From Fimbriosthenelais zetlandica (Eukaryota): a DNA stretch of 64,000 nucleotides. The translations under genes were made by a program, and so were the position numbers. This document shows, piece by piece, positions 49,558 to 63,700 of the stretch. The DNA lies in the NCBI GenBank assembly GCA_977030845.1, contig OZ365114.1, forward strand, positions 22,196,001-22,260,000, read 5' to 3'. Position 1 is the stretch's first letter. Each line of letters opens with the position of its first letter. The notes below the pieces were generated by a model that saw nothing but the letters and a program-made list of their open reading frames with translations, ran no database searches and had not been told where the DNA came from.

Positions 49558-51381
49558 TCAGTTAATTAGAGGTGTTCTCTCATCAACTTCCTCATCACGA
49601 TCCTCTGATTCATTTGGTTGCTCATTGATCTGGTTGGAATAACATTTCATATAGATCTGAGCTATAGTGAGAGTGATCAGCAGGACACCACTAGCACCCA
49701 GACTGAGGTAGATAACATCCTCAGCTCCTCCGTTCTGGTACAAGTAACCAGCGAGCCAGGGGAATATCAAGCCCGCCATGCCCGTGCCCAGTACCAGCAC
49801 AGATAATGTCATACCAGTTACCTCAATATACGATGACATCCAGGAGATGCCACCCGGCCACATAGGACTCACAAACAGGTTAAAGAGCAGGGATAAGATC
49901 CAGAAATAGACTGCAGATTGAAGACCAACAAAGGCAAGACCTACAGTCACACCAATAGTCAAAATAACCTCAGCGAACAATAGGATGGAAGGTGTGATGA
50001 AAAATGCCAGTCCTGAGGAAACTAATCGTCCAAGCGAGTAGCAGGCAAAGAAGGCAGTATACCAGTAGGATGCTTCACTTTTGGTAAAATGCAGTTTGCT
50101 TTCTACTGCTATGGTGAACAAAAATAGACCAAGGACCATGTCCTTTCCCACGAGAGTGATATAGACGAAGAAGAGAAGTATAAAAAAGACAACTCGATGG
50201 ATGGACTGTCTACCCCTGCATACCTGGGGGGTGATAACTTCACATAAGGATTTACGTTGAGAAGGCCTGCCTGGCGAATCCTCCTGAAATGATTCTCGTG
50301 AAAAACAGTAGAATAAAAGGAATATCAGGCCCACAAAACCTGCCCACCCAGCCACTATACTGTACGGAATGTAGATGAGTGATGTAGAGCTGGTGGTGGC
50401 GTTGTGGTAGAGGTTGTTGACAGTGATGTTGGGATGTTGTTGGGAGAGGAATGGTTTAGCTATGAGAGGAGCCACCATTGTACCAATACCATACCCCATG
50501 TGGATGAGCTGCATTGGTCCGGGTGCATTCTCCCCCCATAACTTCACAATGACCACATTACTGGCTGCAATAAGAAGACAACATTGTAAGAATAGTGGCA
50601 GATTCCGAGCTATTAAATAATATATTCACATTGCTATATAGATAGAACTGACCGAGGGCAGGGTTGATGGATCCATGTCCTGAAATATTGGTCGTATTAT
50701 GTCCCTCCCGCCTGCTTATTTTTCCCCATATTAATCCTATGGATGAACAATATTTAGGGTGGAATCCCGTCTAATTCGTACTGCATCATACTATATCTGA
50801 TCAGAGAGACTACACTGTAGTCTCTCTGATCTGATGGATACTTACTTGCACTCAACCCACCATGGCCCAGCCCCTGTAACAGGAAGGCAGCAGCCAACTC
50901 CCAGAGGTTCCTCATCCAGGGAAGAGCTGCCAGTCCACCTCCTAAGACTACCAGGTTCACCACCAAAAGTCCATCTCTGTGTCTGGCAAAGCGATCTGTG
51001 AGAGCACCCACGACGAATGAACCCAAAATGAGTCCAGCATATTTAGCTGCTAGTGAACGGGACAATTGTTCATAATTACAGCCAGTCAACTGACTTAGGT
51101 CAATCAAGGTAGGTCCAACCACTGCTCCTTCTAATCCCTAGAAAACAAGACGAGGACAAAATTAAGGCTACTACTGGTAAAGAATAATTGAAATTACACA
51201 ATTTTTTCAAATGCCTGGTGAATAAGTTTATTTTCACCTTAGCTACGAAGAGCAGAAAGAGACCGAGTGTTTTCAGTGCTCTGTAGATCCTGTCTGTGGA
51301 ACTTAAATTCCTCCTATCCTCTATTATCTCCTGCTCAGGACCACTAGCTCCAGGCTCGTCTTGTCCATCTCTTTCCTCCAT
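49558..51381 (-). CDS. MFS transporter, MFSD4 / sodium-dependent glucose transporter 1-like
   Basis: Exons 51381-51238, 51137-50846, 50564-49558 (480 aa); many TM helices; GAVVGPTLIDL, LWGENAPGPMQLIHMGYGIGTMVAPLIAKPFL, FFACYSLGRL, SPMWPGGISW are typical of the MFSD4/NAGLT1 group. Confidence 0.85.
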
Positions 51382-51926
51382 TACAATATTTGGAGATTAG
51401 CCTTCACTGAAACAGTATTCGAGATATTTATGGTCTTTTTTATTTAAATATAAATACATTTCTGGTATTTTATCATGAGAAAAATGTCCACGGACAATAG
51501 GAACTAACTCCCTCACTTCCCCAATACAAAAATCAATAGTCTAATTCCTACTGCACCTGCTGTAGGGCGTTCCAATCGGTGGCAGCCTCGTGGCACTGGC
51601 AGGCAGGGGAGACGCTGCCTGTATGTCGTCTGCCAACCTTTCCTTTTCGTCCACTCACGAGCTCTGAGTAGACCTCGGCCTTGTAGAATTCCCCAGAATG
51701 CTGAAGATAATGGCAAAAGAATTGGAATGCATGAGCATGAAGGAAACTAAATACAGATCAATGGAGATTTGTTGGTGATTGAACCTTCTTATATAGAAAA
51801 GGTAAAAGTTACTATTTCAAACCCGTTATAACGGCCACGTCTCCATAGTATATAGGTTTAGAACACTCAAATTTAATTGGTTTCGTAAAGACAGTAACTT
51901 GGGCTTATGTTTCTTTGTTTTCACAG

Positions 51927-53077
51927 ATGGATCACTTTTTGCAAACAGCTCAACATGGAAGCATAGATGTCCTAAACGCCTTGCTGGGACAAAGTCAATG
52001 TGACATAAATATCACAGATGTCGAAGGAAGAACTGCCTTGATGTTAGCAGCCGAAAATAAACGCTATGACGTCATGAAAGTTCTGCTGGAAGCCGGATGT
52101 GACGTCAATACATTGGACGGTCATGGCATCACGGTCCTCCTACAAGAGACTGAATCAGGAAATATTAAGGCAGTCCAGGTAGGCAATTAATTCATTGATA
52201 CACTAACGGAAATTTGTTTCATTCATTTAGAAGATTGTAATATTAATTGTCTATTTTAGCTTCTGCTCAGTGATCCCAGGATTGATGTTAACATCCACGA
52301 CAGTCGAGAACGTACACCCCTCCACGTGGCGACACTGGAGGGAAAATTACAAATAGTGGAACACCTGCTCTCTGCTGGCTGCAAATTAAATCTCCAGGTA
52401 AAATCAACTATTTAATACTAAAGGTTAATTTAGTTCTTGATGCTTTAGGCCTTATTATAACTCTCACTGTCACTAATGTGTCACTAAACACATATTGAAA
52501 TGTGAGAGGCAGAGGTTAAATGGAATGACATTGTCTTGTTAATTCCTCTCCTCAGGATGCTGACGGTTATACCCCCGTCTATTTAGCAGCTTGGGACCCC
52601 TACAGGCGTCATCAATCCTTCCCCATTCTCCAGGCCCTTACCACAGCTGGGGCTGATCTTGAAATCTGTGACATCACAGGCAAAACTCCAATCGTGGCGT
52701 CTTGGTCTAATCCTCGTTACTTCCGGTACCTTGTGACAAGCGGATGTGACGTAAACAGCTATCGTTTTATTGGAGGTTTCAGTCTCCTGGCTTTGGCTAA
52801 ACTTGAAGAATCAGATGGGGACACGTCCAAACGAGATTTGCTCATCTTTGCAGGTGGACAAATATACCCTGACCAGGGGAGAAATAGAGGAAATATAAAA
52901 GATGTGTATGCCACAAAATTAAGAGAATTAATAGAGGTTAAATTTAGTTTAATGACTTTAAAAGGTCTTTGTAGAATTGTAGTAAGGCAAAATCTTAAAA
53001 GACCATTGGCAACAAATTTAAAATCTCTTGTCCTACCTCGGCCCGTTTTGAACTACCTCAATATGGACATATTTTAG
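51927..53077 (+). CDS. Ankyrin repeat and SOCS box-containing protein
   Basis: Exons 51927-52178, 52260-52397, 52556-53077 (303 aa; N-terminus may extend upstream). Ankyrin motifs GRTALMLAA, ERTPLHVAT, GYTPVYLAA; C-terminal SOCS box TLKGLCRIVVRQNL...LVLPRPVLNYL. Divergent from the MFS gene. Confidence 0.88.
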
Positions 53078-55289
53078 AAATAATATGTAGGATGTGGGAT
53101 AAATATATCTATAGGCCTATCCTCTGAAGTCACGATTCTTCCTGTCATTGGTTACGTGGAAAGGGGTGATATTTAGGGTCACTGACGTACATCAGATAAA
53201 AAATATAGAGCTAGGTTCAAGAAATATATTCAGAGATTTAAATTTGATGAGATTACTGGCATTTATTCTCTCTTGTTTCTTAAAAAAATAAGATTGAAAC
53301 ATCAGAGCGTCTCAAATTAAGGCCTGGATTTATAACAGGTTTTCCCAGGTAATAACGTTGATCAATTAGTTGGCCTTGGTCACACTTTGTTGGAGGTGTT
53401 CTAGTTTGAACTTGCGCAAAGGTGTATTACGTATACATACGTACGAGGCCTACATCAAGTGGTGGGTGAGTGGCAGGGGCTGGGTCGAGTTCAAATAAAA
53501 CAGTCATACAGATAGAAACAGGTCCTGATCAAGCCGAACACAACTTCTGGACCAGCACCGGATTACATACCAGAAGTAGGTAAGCTTTAAACACATTTAA
53601 TAATATGCCTATATGCCTCTGTATGAAGTGTTAACATTCGATGTACTTCATTGCGCTTTCATCAGGTGATATTTATATATTATTTTGTTCATATCAATAT
53701 TTTATATCGATATCTGTAGGCCTACTTTCTTCCTAGCAATGATTCCCGACACAGTTGAGTTATTCAGGTTAGGGATATCTTAAAAGTCTCATTGGACTTG
53801 AACCAAAACTATAGGATCATCCGTTCACAGGGCTAGGAATCATACCAAAATTGAGCTAATTCTTCAGATCAAATGAGCTAAGTTTTGAAAATGTTATGCA
53901 TGGCTTCATACAATTTGCACATAGTTTTCTCTTCCTTGCCGTGCCACGAGAACAGTTCATGCACCAATAATTTGGGAGATTCCTTCCATCATAGGCCTAT
54001 AATATGAGGAAGTTTTTCTTTCTTTTTTATTTTTGAGGCCAAAAGCAAATGTCTTCTAAATACATGTATGGCCTATATGCTCCATTTAATTTAACTGCCT
54101 GTGAGTTGATCTAAATTCACAATCCCACCCGTAATTACGTAATCTCACACATACCTATGGGCCTACCTGGGTCTAGGGTAAGTTCCCTTCCCATGATCAT
54201 GATGAATAGAACTGGTAACCAAGAGCAACCCATACACACCTGAGTGACCTAGCTCTGGCTTTGTTGTTCTCCGAGTCCTTCATCAATTATTACTGATCAT
54301 CATTTAACAAACAGCAATGCATACAGACTGCCTTCAGTAACTACCTAACCTTCATTCAGCTTATATTGGCACCCTTTATGTACTGTATAGGGATTTATAT
54401 ATTATAACAGGTATGTTCCGTTTTGTTACATCATCTGATCATAAGTCAATACGAATTCATCATCAGGGTATTATATCGAAACGTATCCTGATTGTGTTAG
54501 CATTATTTTCTCGCCTATTTTAAAAAGAAATCAAACATAACATTCACCACCTCAAGGAAGAGATATATCCCCTGAGACTGCATCTAATTGTTGAATTGGC
54601 AGAACAGAACAAAATCCCTCAGCACCTTTCTGCTCTTGAACCTCTCTCGTTATAATAGGCCTAATATTATAGTAGTTTGATTTTTTGATTAATAAAATCA
54701 GTCTAGACTTGTAAATGGTTGTAATATTAGCTGTGGATTACACCCCACATCCCCAAAAGAAAAGATTCTTAAAGATGGATAAGAAGGGTATTAAAACAAG
54801 CAATGAAGCATTTCTTCCTAGTAGAAAATGCAAAACAAACCAAGATTAATCAATAGATGAGTCTCCCATATTTCCATGCAAGATTTATGTAGCCTAATTT
54901 ATGCATGTCATGACAAATACCGTATACACCATGGTTCTTCGAATCATGGAATCAAAACAAATTTCAAGATTGAATAAAACAGTCACAGTTTCTATATTCA
55001 ATATTATGACCTGATTTCAGAATTTATTTGGGCTTAGCCTCTCCGAAATTAAGGTTTGCTCATATAAATTTTAACGCTGACGTGACCATTGATGGTTCCT
55101 ATCCCCATTGGGATATGTATAGCTCTTGAGCAATCGCCTCTTAATCAATAATGGAGCTCTAAACCGGATGTATAGCTGCAGCGTGTTCTTGATGTAAATG
55201 GAGTGAACTTAACTACGCAGTATAGTTGTTGAAAAGACTATATTATTGAGATTTTCCTTATTTTTTCAGAAGGCGACCAAACAACCAAG

Positions 55290-57148
55290 ATGTGCTGCAA
55301 CGCAAAGTTTTCGAAATGCTTCCTCATTTTCTTCAACACGATATTTTTCGTAAGTATTCGTTGTTTTAAGTTTCATAAATTATAATACTGATTTAACATA
55401 TAGGCCTATCTGTTGGAAATGGATAAAATGTTTTGGTATTTACTATCTGTTTTTCCCTTCAGCTCATAGGGGTAGCATGCATTGTGGCAGGTGTCTTTGT
55501 GCTGGTTGACAATGAAGTGCTCACATCTGTATTGGGTAAGATACCTAAGGTTGGAGATTCACTAGAAGACGCAAGGACATCCGTATCTTATCTCCACGCA
55601 GCCGCCTATGTCATCATAGCAGCAGGCAGCCTCGTCTTAATCATCGCCTTCTGTGGCTGCTTTGGTGCCATTCGAGAGAGCAAATGTCTGCTTTGGACAG
55701 TAAGTAACATAGATCTATGTTCAATCAGTCATCGAAAATTCCAACTGCGAAAAATATTAGATTTAATTTAATTACATTTTTAGTCTAACTTCCTGTTATA
55801 ATACGTATCCCAAATAATTATATGGGTCTAATAATAATAATTTACTTTCAGTATTGCGTCCTGGTATTTGTTATTCTTGTTATTCAAATCGCTGCTGGTA
55901 TTGTTGGATATCTTTACAAAGATCAAGTGAGTATCCTGATGCCCTTTTTTAACGTGGTAACAAAATATAATCTATGCGAAATAAAATGTTAGTGAAACGA
56001 TCCATGTAACATCCATATAAAATATATTTCATTAAAAAATAATTTCCCGTTTAATAATTCATGTTATCAATTGTTTTTTCAGGCCACAAAATACATGAGA
56101 TCGTTCTTGAACGATACCATCTCCGAAAAATATGAAGGTAATAAGCAAATTTCAGTCAAATTGTGTGATTGTTTTGTGTGTGGCGAGGTGCATGGCGGCG
56201 GTATATACCATGCATCCATGATTTACTTTATTCTCTTATATTTCCATTATGATATTCTCTTACAGGTTTGTCGGTCAAAGATGGGGCCCTCCAAGAATCA
56301 ACAGATCCCTACACTTCTGCCTGGGTCTCAGTTATGTTTAGTGTAAGCAAAGTTCATCGGAAAGATCTGATATAAACAAACAAATTACTAATTTTGAAAG
56401 ATTTTTACTATGCTATGGATCGTTCCTAATCTTTTTTCCCTCAACAGTTGGAATGCTGTGGAAACTACAACTATACCGACTTCAGCCAATATGCCACTAA
56501 ATGGTATGGGAACTACAGCTTCAATGGTAATGATATTTACGATGCCAAGGTTCCCATAGCCTGCTGTAAGGTGGAAAACAAGACCGACCTATTCAAGAAT
56601 CCTGACAATTTCATCAAACACTTTGTCAACGCCGAGCTCTGTCTTACTACTGCAGACCCCACCTACACCAACACTGTGGTAAGTCCTGGGTATTTTTCAT
56701 ATAATTTCAAAATTAGGGAATTTATGAATATACAATGTATTTATTATGTATAATCACGGGGCCTGGTTTGAGGCAATAAAGTACATAATTTATGTATCCC
56801 ATACCAATATCTTTACTACACAATATGCCTACACAACTTGAAGACATTGAACAAAGCCAATGAATTTCATTCAAAAGCTCCAATGATGGAACATTCTGGC
56901 AGTCATTTGTCTACACGGGCATGAGCATCATTGAAGCAATAATAGTTACGAGGAAAGTAGTCGTTCCCTTAATGAATGTCACTTTGCTTTATATTCAGAA
57001 CTGCTACGACAAGATCATATACTATGTGGACACCTACACGGTTGTGGTCCTCGGAGTTGGTATCGGCGTCGCGGTTCTTGAGATTTTCGTTTTGATTGCG
57101 GCATGCTGTCTCATCAGATCCATTGGCAAGGATGACCACTACGCATAA
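55290..57148 (+). CDS. Tetraspanin
   Basis: Exons 55290-55349, 55463-55699, 55852-55926, 56083-56137, 56266-56342, 56448-56678, 56999-57148 (294 aa); four TM helices, GCFGAIRESKCLL, large loop with CCG, VPIACC and further cysteines. Confidence 0.95.
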
Positions 57149-58860
57149 ATCATGACTCAATCTGATATCTCTTTCATTCACTCAGAAATCTGTCAACATT
57201 TTGTGGTTTTTTAATATATTTTTTCTATTCCTTTATACATTCAAATCACATGAGAAACGTGGCTATTATGACTGCCATTGAGTAGAAAAGAATTGAAATT
57301 GTTTATTTTAAAAATATGCATAGAATCGTCTAAATTACTGTTTTTAATTGAATGTATAATTATATATGTATATAATTATTTACGTGTACAGTTAATGTAG
57401 AATATAAAAATGTGTCTGTCTTTATTCAAGTGTGTATTAAACTTCCAGAAAACCCTAGAAAATACTCGAGATTCAGATATATTTAGAGGTCCATAAAGGT
57501 TATGGTGATAATATTAAATTTACATTATATTTTTATTGTTGTTGCTGGGTTCAGCGCTCACATACTGCTGTGCATTATATGTAAATATTTATTGCATTTT
57601 TTATTGCATTTTTATATTTTAAAAATAACTGCTATTATAATATAACAAAGGATTTTTAATTTTTTTTAAACGCATAACTAAAGTAGGCTTACGAATAAGT
57701 AAAGGAAGATTACATATCATTGGATGTGACAAGCCTACTCAAGAATTATTTTACTCAATCTTGTTGAAACTCAGGCTGAAGTTTCTATAGTAATTCTATT
57801 GACGCCCAAATATGTATGTATAATTTACGGATATGGGAAATAAAAATCACAAGTACTGACAAGTATGTTGATCCCTCCCCAAGCTTTCTTGCAACTATAC
57901 CATAATCGAATGGGAACCATTAGATTGTCATTTTCAATAATGCTGACGTTTATTCAATTTAAGTGAACTCATACCTGATTCTATAACTGTATAATTCATT
58001 CTCCCGGATGTGTATATTGCACCCGTCGTTTTTCACGGCTTGTTGGCTACCATCAATAGATAATGCCTTCATTTTGAACATTGCACTCTGCTGTGGGGCC
58101 CAGAGGCATTGAGCAGAACATACATTATACATTGACAAGGCCAGGAATACTTTCAGAAATCATTTGCGAATAGAGTGAATCATGTAGTGTCACTATAGTC
58201 AAGCATATATATTTTGCGGTCTATACGCGCACCTGAGTAATAGACCTGGGGCAGAGTAACTTATGTTTTAGAGTGTACAGAATGTGTGATCATATAGGTA
58301 TAACTAAGGGACATTATATAGCCTACATTGTAGGCCCAATGTACATTTTCAGTTGGATATAATTATTGCAACCGATTATTACACATAGGTGATGCCATGA
58401 AGTGTACCGCATCTCACCATGCGTACATACAACCATAAAACTTGCACTCGCAACAACTCTCATATTGGTTTGGCCTAACTTGAGCAGCTCACTCAATTGC
58501 TCCATCACCCAATTGATGACAGCCAATCAGAATCCTCCCCAGCAGGCCTGGCAACATTAATACAGAATGACAAATCAAAAAGCCAGACAGAGTGACATAC
58601 AGGGACCAGGGAATCACCTTTAGAGTGAAAGTGAGGAGGAAATAGCAGGGGAAATAGAGTGACAGCCTACCTGCATCTCATTAGCAATCCTGCTCCTGAA
58701 TGTTTGAGCTCTACTGTCCAATTACTGGAAGTCAACATTTTGTTCAAACAGTTTGAGCGACCTTAAATAGGTTCAGGAAGACGGTTCTCATCAGTCAGAT
58801 TGAGTTAACGGTCGTTTAGTTGAAGGATTTGTTTTAGGATATTACTGGTCTAAGAAGAAC

Positions 58861-60760
58861 ATGATGGGAAGAAGGACCATGGATAGCTTTTCCAATGGGA
58901 ATGTCAACCCAAATAGTGTTCATCAGTTAGATGTTGAAGCAGACTACAGTAAGTTCTCTATTCGTGATATGTACACCAGTTCATGGCGCTTCCATGCCAT
59001 GAAGCCCATATTCTGGGCCATGAAGTTCTGCGGCCTCTTCATTACGAGAGATTACAACCCAGAGCACGAGCAATTTCCTTACAAAAAAGTGGCAGTGAGA
59101 CCCACGGGGTCCTGGATCTATTCCACCCTCATCCTCATCCTGTCCTGGGTAGATCTGGTGCGATACTTCATGATTTTCAATGATGGGGATGGTTTCACAC
59201 CGGACACCTTCCAGAAGGTCGTGTGTCTCCTCTGGGCAGTTAATATGACCGTCAACATCAGTGAGTGTTACAGGGCATGTATGGTCTACACCTCCATGCC
59301 TGAAGTATTCATCTACTCCAGATGCTTGATGAAGCAATACCAAAGTCTGCTGTACAGGAGAAGCATTGTCGTAACAGGCATTTGTACTTTTATCATCCTT
59401 TCCAACGTGGCCTTCGCAGCATACATGTCGTTCTCCTCAATAGAACAGAATTTCTTTAACGTCGACTGGCCGCTGTCTCCTTCCTCTCACTCAGGTGCAG
59501 CTCTAGTGGTGGCTAGGGTATTCTTCATAGTGACAGCTGTTTTCCGCTGCTGCTTCTGGGTATATCCCGCAGCTTTCACCGTCACCTTAGGTTTTATGCT
59601 CCGCCGTGAGTTTGAAATCATTCAAGATGATCTCAAGTTGGCCATTCAGCAAAACGATGTGTCCGTAGCATTGCCCAAACTGAGGAAACAGTTTCAACTG
59701 GTGTGCACGTTGGTCGACCATGCCGATGATATACTATGTCGTTATCTGGCAGTGTGCATGTTATTCACAGTGGCTGAACTCATTCTCACAATATATAACT
59801 TCTTTTACTGGTCTGCTTTAGAGAACCCAGTTTTCCTCGTATCTTCAATCTTCTGGGTGACGTTTAACGTGGTTATGTTGGCCATCGTTTGTATGGGACC
59901 TGCTCACATCAGCACCGTGGTTAGTGCAAATCTTTACTCGCCTAGAACCAAAATTCTCCATCTAGAAATTTCTAAAGTCAACTAAAAAAGTATCACAATG
60001 TTTGGCCTTACATCAATCATTTTCATGTCATCAGGTGGAGAGACAATAGAACAAAAACTTTATTTATATGCTTCCATATGTTCTAAATGTCAATTTTCAC
60101 TTTTTGCAGGCCCATAACACTTTTTCCATCCTACATGAAATCACACTGACAAGGGAAACATCACATCTCGCCACGGAAGTGAGTTTGACATACCCTTCTG
60201 TAAACATTTTCATCGTCATTGTCCTTCTTCAGACTTGTCTTGTTCAGATAAACTATATTGTAACCAAATTCAATTGATTGTTTTCAGCTTAACATGTTCA
60301 TGCATAGACTGACTGGCGACACCATTGGCCTGACAGCATGGAAGGCCTTTGTCATTGATCAATCGACTAGTCTCACGGTGAGTGATGATGAATTAAAACT
60401 CTGCTAAAATCCTGGCAAGGACCAGTTCCACCATTTCCTTGAGGGGACACAGCCCCCATGGCTCCTCCCCAGAAGGTTTGCAGGTAACCGAGGCGAGCGT
60501 TCAAGAACTAAATCAACTGCATGTTGTCTGGCCTCTGTGTGTTCACCTGGATTAAGTAAATATTACGGATCGATGGATGTGGAATGCCACATTGATCTTC
60601 TGTGTCAATTTCTCTTTTACAGGTGATTGGTATGTTGGTTTCCTACCTCATCATACTGCTCCAGTCACAGCCATCCAGCACCAAACCGCCAAGTCTGGAT
60701 GTCTCTGCCTTATTGGCTAATATTAGTCACATGATCAACGCCTCCATGCAGGGACTATGA
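58861..60760 (+). CDS. Gustatory receptor-like (GR/GRL, 7TM chemoreceptor channel family)
   Basis: Exons 58861-59919, 60110-60178, 60288-60377, 60623-60760 (451 aa). Hydrophobic 7TM pattern, C-terminal GLTAWKAFVIDQSTSLTVIGMLVSYLIILLQ, three phase-0 introns at the 3' end. Confidence 0.9.
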
Positions 60761-63700
60761 AAAGATTGCCTGGGCAACGGATGTCATCAGTTTTATAATC
60801 AACAACCTTTGAAGTGTTTCCCCCAGCAGGATGAACTGGATTGATTCACTCAAATAATTGGAATGTTCAATATACCCTTCAAGGCTCTAGCCTCACCCAA
60901 ATGGCTTCATTTCTAGTAGAAATAATAATAAATTTATGTTGTATAGCGTAAAATCCATTGCGCTCTAATTACATCGATTCATTTATCTATTTTTCTTGAA
61001 TGAAATAAAACCTTAATATATCATCCCAGGCAACCTATACAGTATATACACTGCTTCATTCCAATAATTGACACTCACAGTTTTAAATTTAAATATTTCT
61101 GCATCATTTATTTCTTCATTTTTATCCATGACATGATTTTTCGATATGGGACTGAGAAGGAAATAATTTTTCATTACAATTAATATACTTTTCTGGAGGA
61201 CTATGCCTGATTCCAATGGACAGGGCCACAGGTATCAGAACACATATCATTGATGGATAAAGCCCAGAGAACCAGTGCAAGCAGTTCAAATGCTTTTTTA
61301 CTCTCTGCCTCAAAATGTCTCCCAGTTAATTGCTGGTAGGTTAATCTGGCCCACACCAATAATGTTACCAGATGAGCATACCGCCAGCAGACACCATCCA
61401 CGCATATAGGTAGATATTCTATTCATAAGCACTTAACGAACCTACCACTAACTGTAATAATTATAATAACTTCTTGGACTCGCAATCCTATTTCTGGTTC
61501 ACTCCATAACGCGATACAGTTAGTCATTTAAAACAGTAAACAGAGTAACTGATGAGAAATCTGGTCATTTCATAACCAGCCTTACATGCCTTTAACTTGT
61601 CAGTGGACCATTTAAAATGTAATAAATAAAACAATACAGTGCACTTGGAGAAATAAACAAGTGAACCACAAATACAATTCCAAGTCCAATTTTTGTCAGG
61701 CTGATCAGAATATACAAAGTAATTTACACCATACAAGCTATAGGAATCAGACGCGGGCTTTATAATCAACACAAGTGCTAAACCATATGATACAAAATGT
61801 AGAACATGACCACTCCATGTACAAAACCTTACTCCTCATTCTCCCTCACAAAGATTAACGTAACAAATAACACACATTCAGAGACGGGGTTTGCACTCAA
61901 CTTTCACACATGCAGACTGGGTGTACAACTGTGAGCTAGGGAATTGCCCATCCCGACTTCATTCAATTTCCATTCAAAAAGTCCGATTCTGTTAATAATA
62001 TATGATGTATATTAAAATGGAAACGTTCAGCATAGTATATAAGAATGATCAAGGAACCCCACCCACAATAATTTCTAGATATAAATATTATCTGGAAATG
62101 CAAACCTTGGGCATGCAGGCATTGAGGGAAAAGAAGGGCAGATTGCACATTGAAAGTCGACCTTATTTTAGTCGGTCCACATTTTATCTAGCGATCGTAC
62201 ATACGTTTTAATAAATTTGTTATAAGGATAGATTATTTAGATGAATGAAATTCCACTCCTATCACCCATCAAGTCGACATAGAGGACGATATATAGCTGA
62301 TTATTTCTCATCACATAATTACATGTTGACGGGTTTATTATGTATTACTCAACTGTGTGCGATATGATCCAACAATAGTTACGCAATAATCGAAGAAAAT
62401 AACTTCTAATTAAATAAAGTTTGAAAATGTTTTCAGCAACATATCAATACTTAAACACCCCTAGCGAACCCAAGATTTTTGTTGTGTCCTACTAGTCGAT
62501 GTGTCCTACTAGAGTCTTTGGAATGTTAACACTACTTATAAATATTAAATTTAGAGGATTACATCCAAAGAGACGCTGAACTTTGGGCCTATCACCAACA
62601 GACCTCGGGAACGGAATCGCTCTATGGTCAATGATGTTCTCCCACCCAATGGAAATACATTCTACTTTACAATAAAATTGATGAACCGTAGTTGACATTG
62701 GCACATACATGGACATAGACTGAATATGGAATACATTCACCTCTCTGGGAAAGACGTTAACTAAAGTCACACTTTCTGGAAGATTGGTTTATCAGCAGAG
62801 AATTGTATATATCATTAAACAAAAATGACGACGCCAAGTAGAATTAAGGCAATGATCTATGTTACATTATAATGTGTAAGGACTGAAAAATTAAGCACTT
62901 CTTCAACTTATGGAACACAGTGTGATTTGAACACATTATTGAAGCGGGAAAAATGGGACATGTCAGAAAAAAAACGAGGAAAAAAGTCTAATTCTGATTA
63001 GGAAAAAACCTAGAATTTCAATATTTCCTCCATAAAATATTTTACAACAGTTAACCATCAATGTTACATGACCCTCATTTATCCAATTACTTTCGGAGGA
63101 ATCTCTTTTTCACCAATGGTTACAGTCAAATCTCAATTGTAACACAAGAATCTGCGTTGAAATCACATGAAGGCATGGGAAGAGAATCGGGAGGGATGGG
63201 CGCAAGGAATGCATCATGGAAACGAGCATGCATGAATGGTTTGGTGTCCTCGTCAACACAAGATTATAAGGACCCGATTATGGTATGTGGAGGGGAATAC
63301 ACAAATTATATATCTACAGGTTACTGTGTATGCACACATATACATGTATACACAATGATATACACATTTATTTACATTCATAAATACCAACAATTACTTG
63401 TAAATGCATGTCCATGAACGCATTAACGTAATCATGTTCCGCAATCAAAGTTCATCTGCTAATTCCATTAATCTAGAAAGTTCCCCAGGGGATATTTTCA
63501 GCAGGAGTCAAAGCCAATTAATTCCGCCTTTCATGTATTTATATAAAATAGCCAATCCTTATATGGTTAACCATGATTAGTAAGGCCAAGTTCAGTCGGA
63601 CCAGCACCACTAAATCTGGTCTAATTTTGGCTTTGATGTCCGTTTTCTATAGTTTCCATCCTCTAGGACGAAATGAGTTAGGGATATGTATCTTTAAGTA

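Noticed and set aside
61201-61401. 66-aa minus-strand ORF downstream of the GRL gene
   Set aside because: Non-ATG start, no motif, no supporting splice partners.
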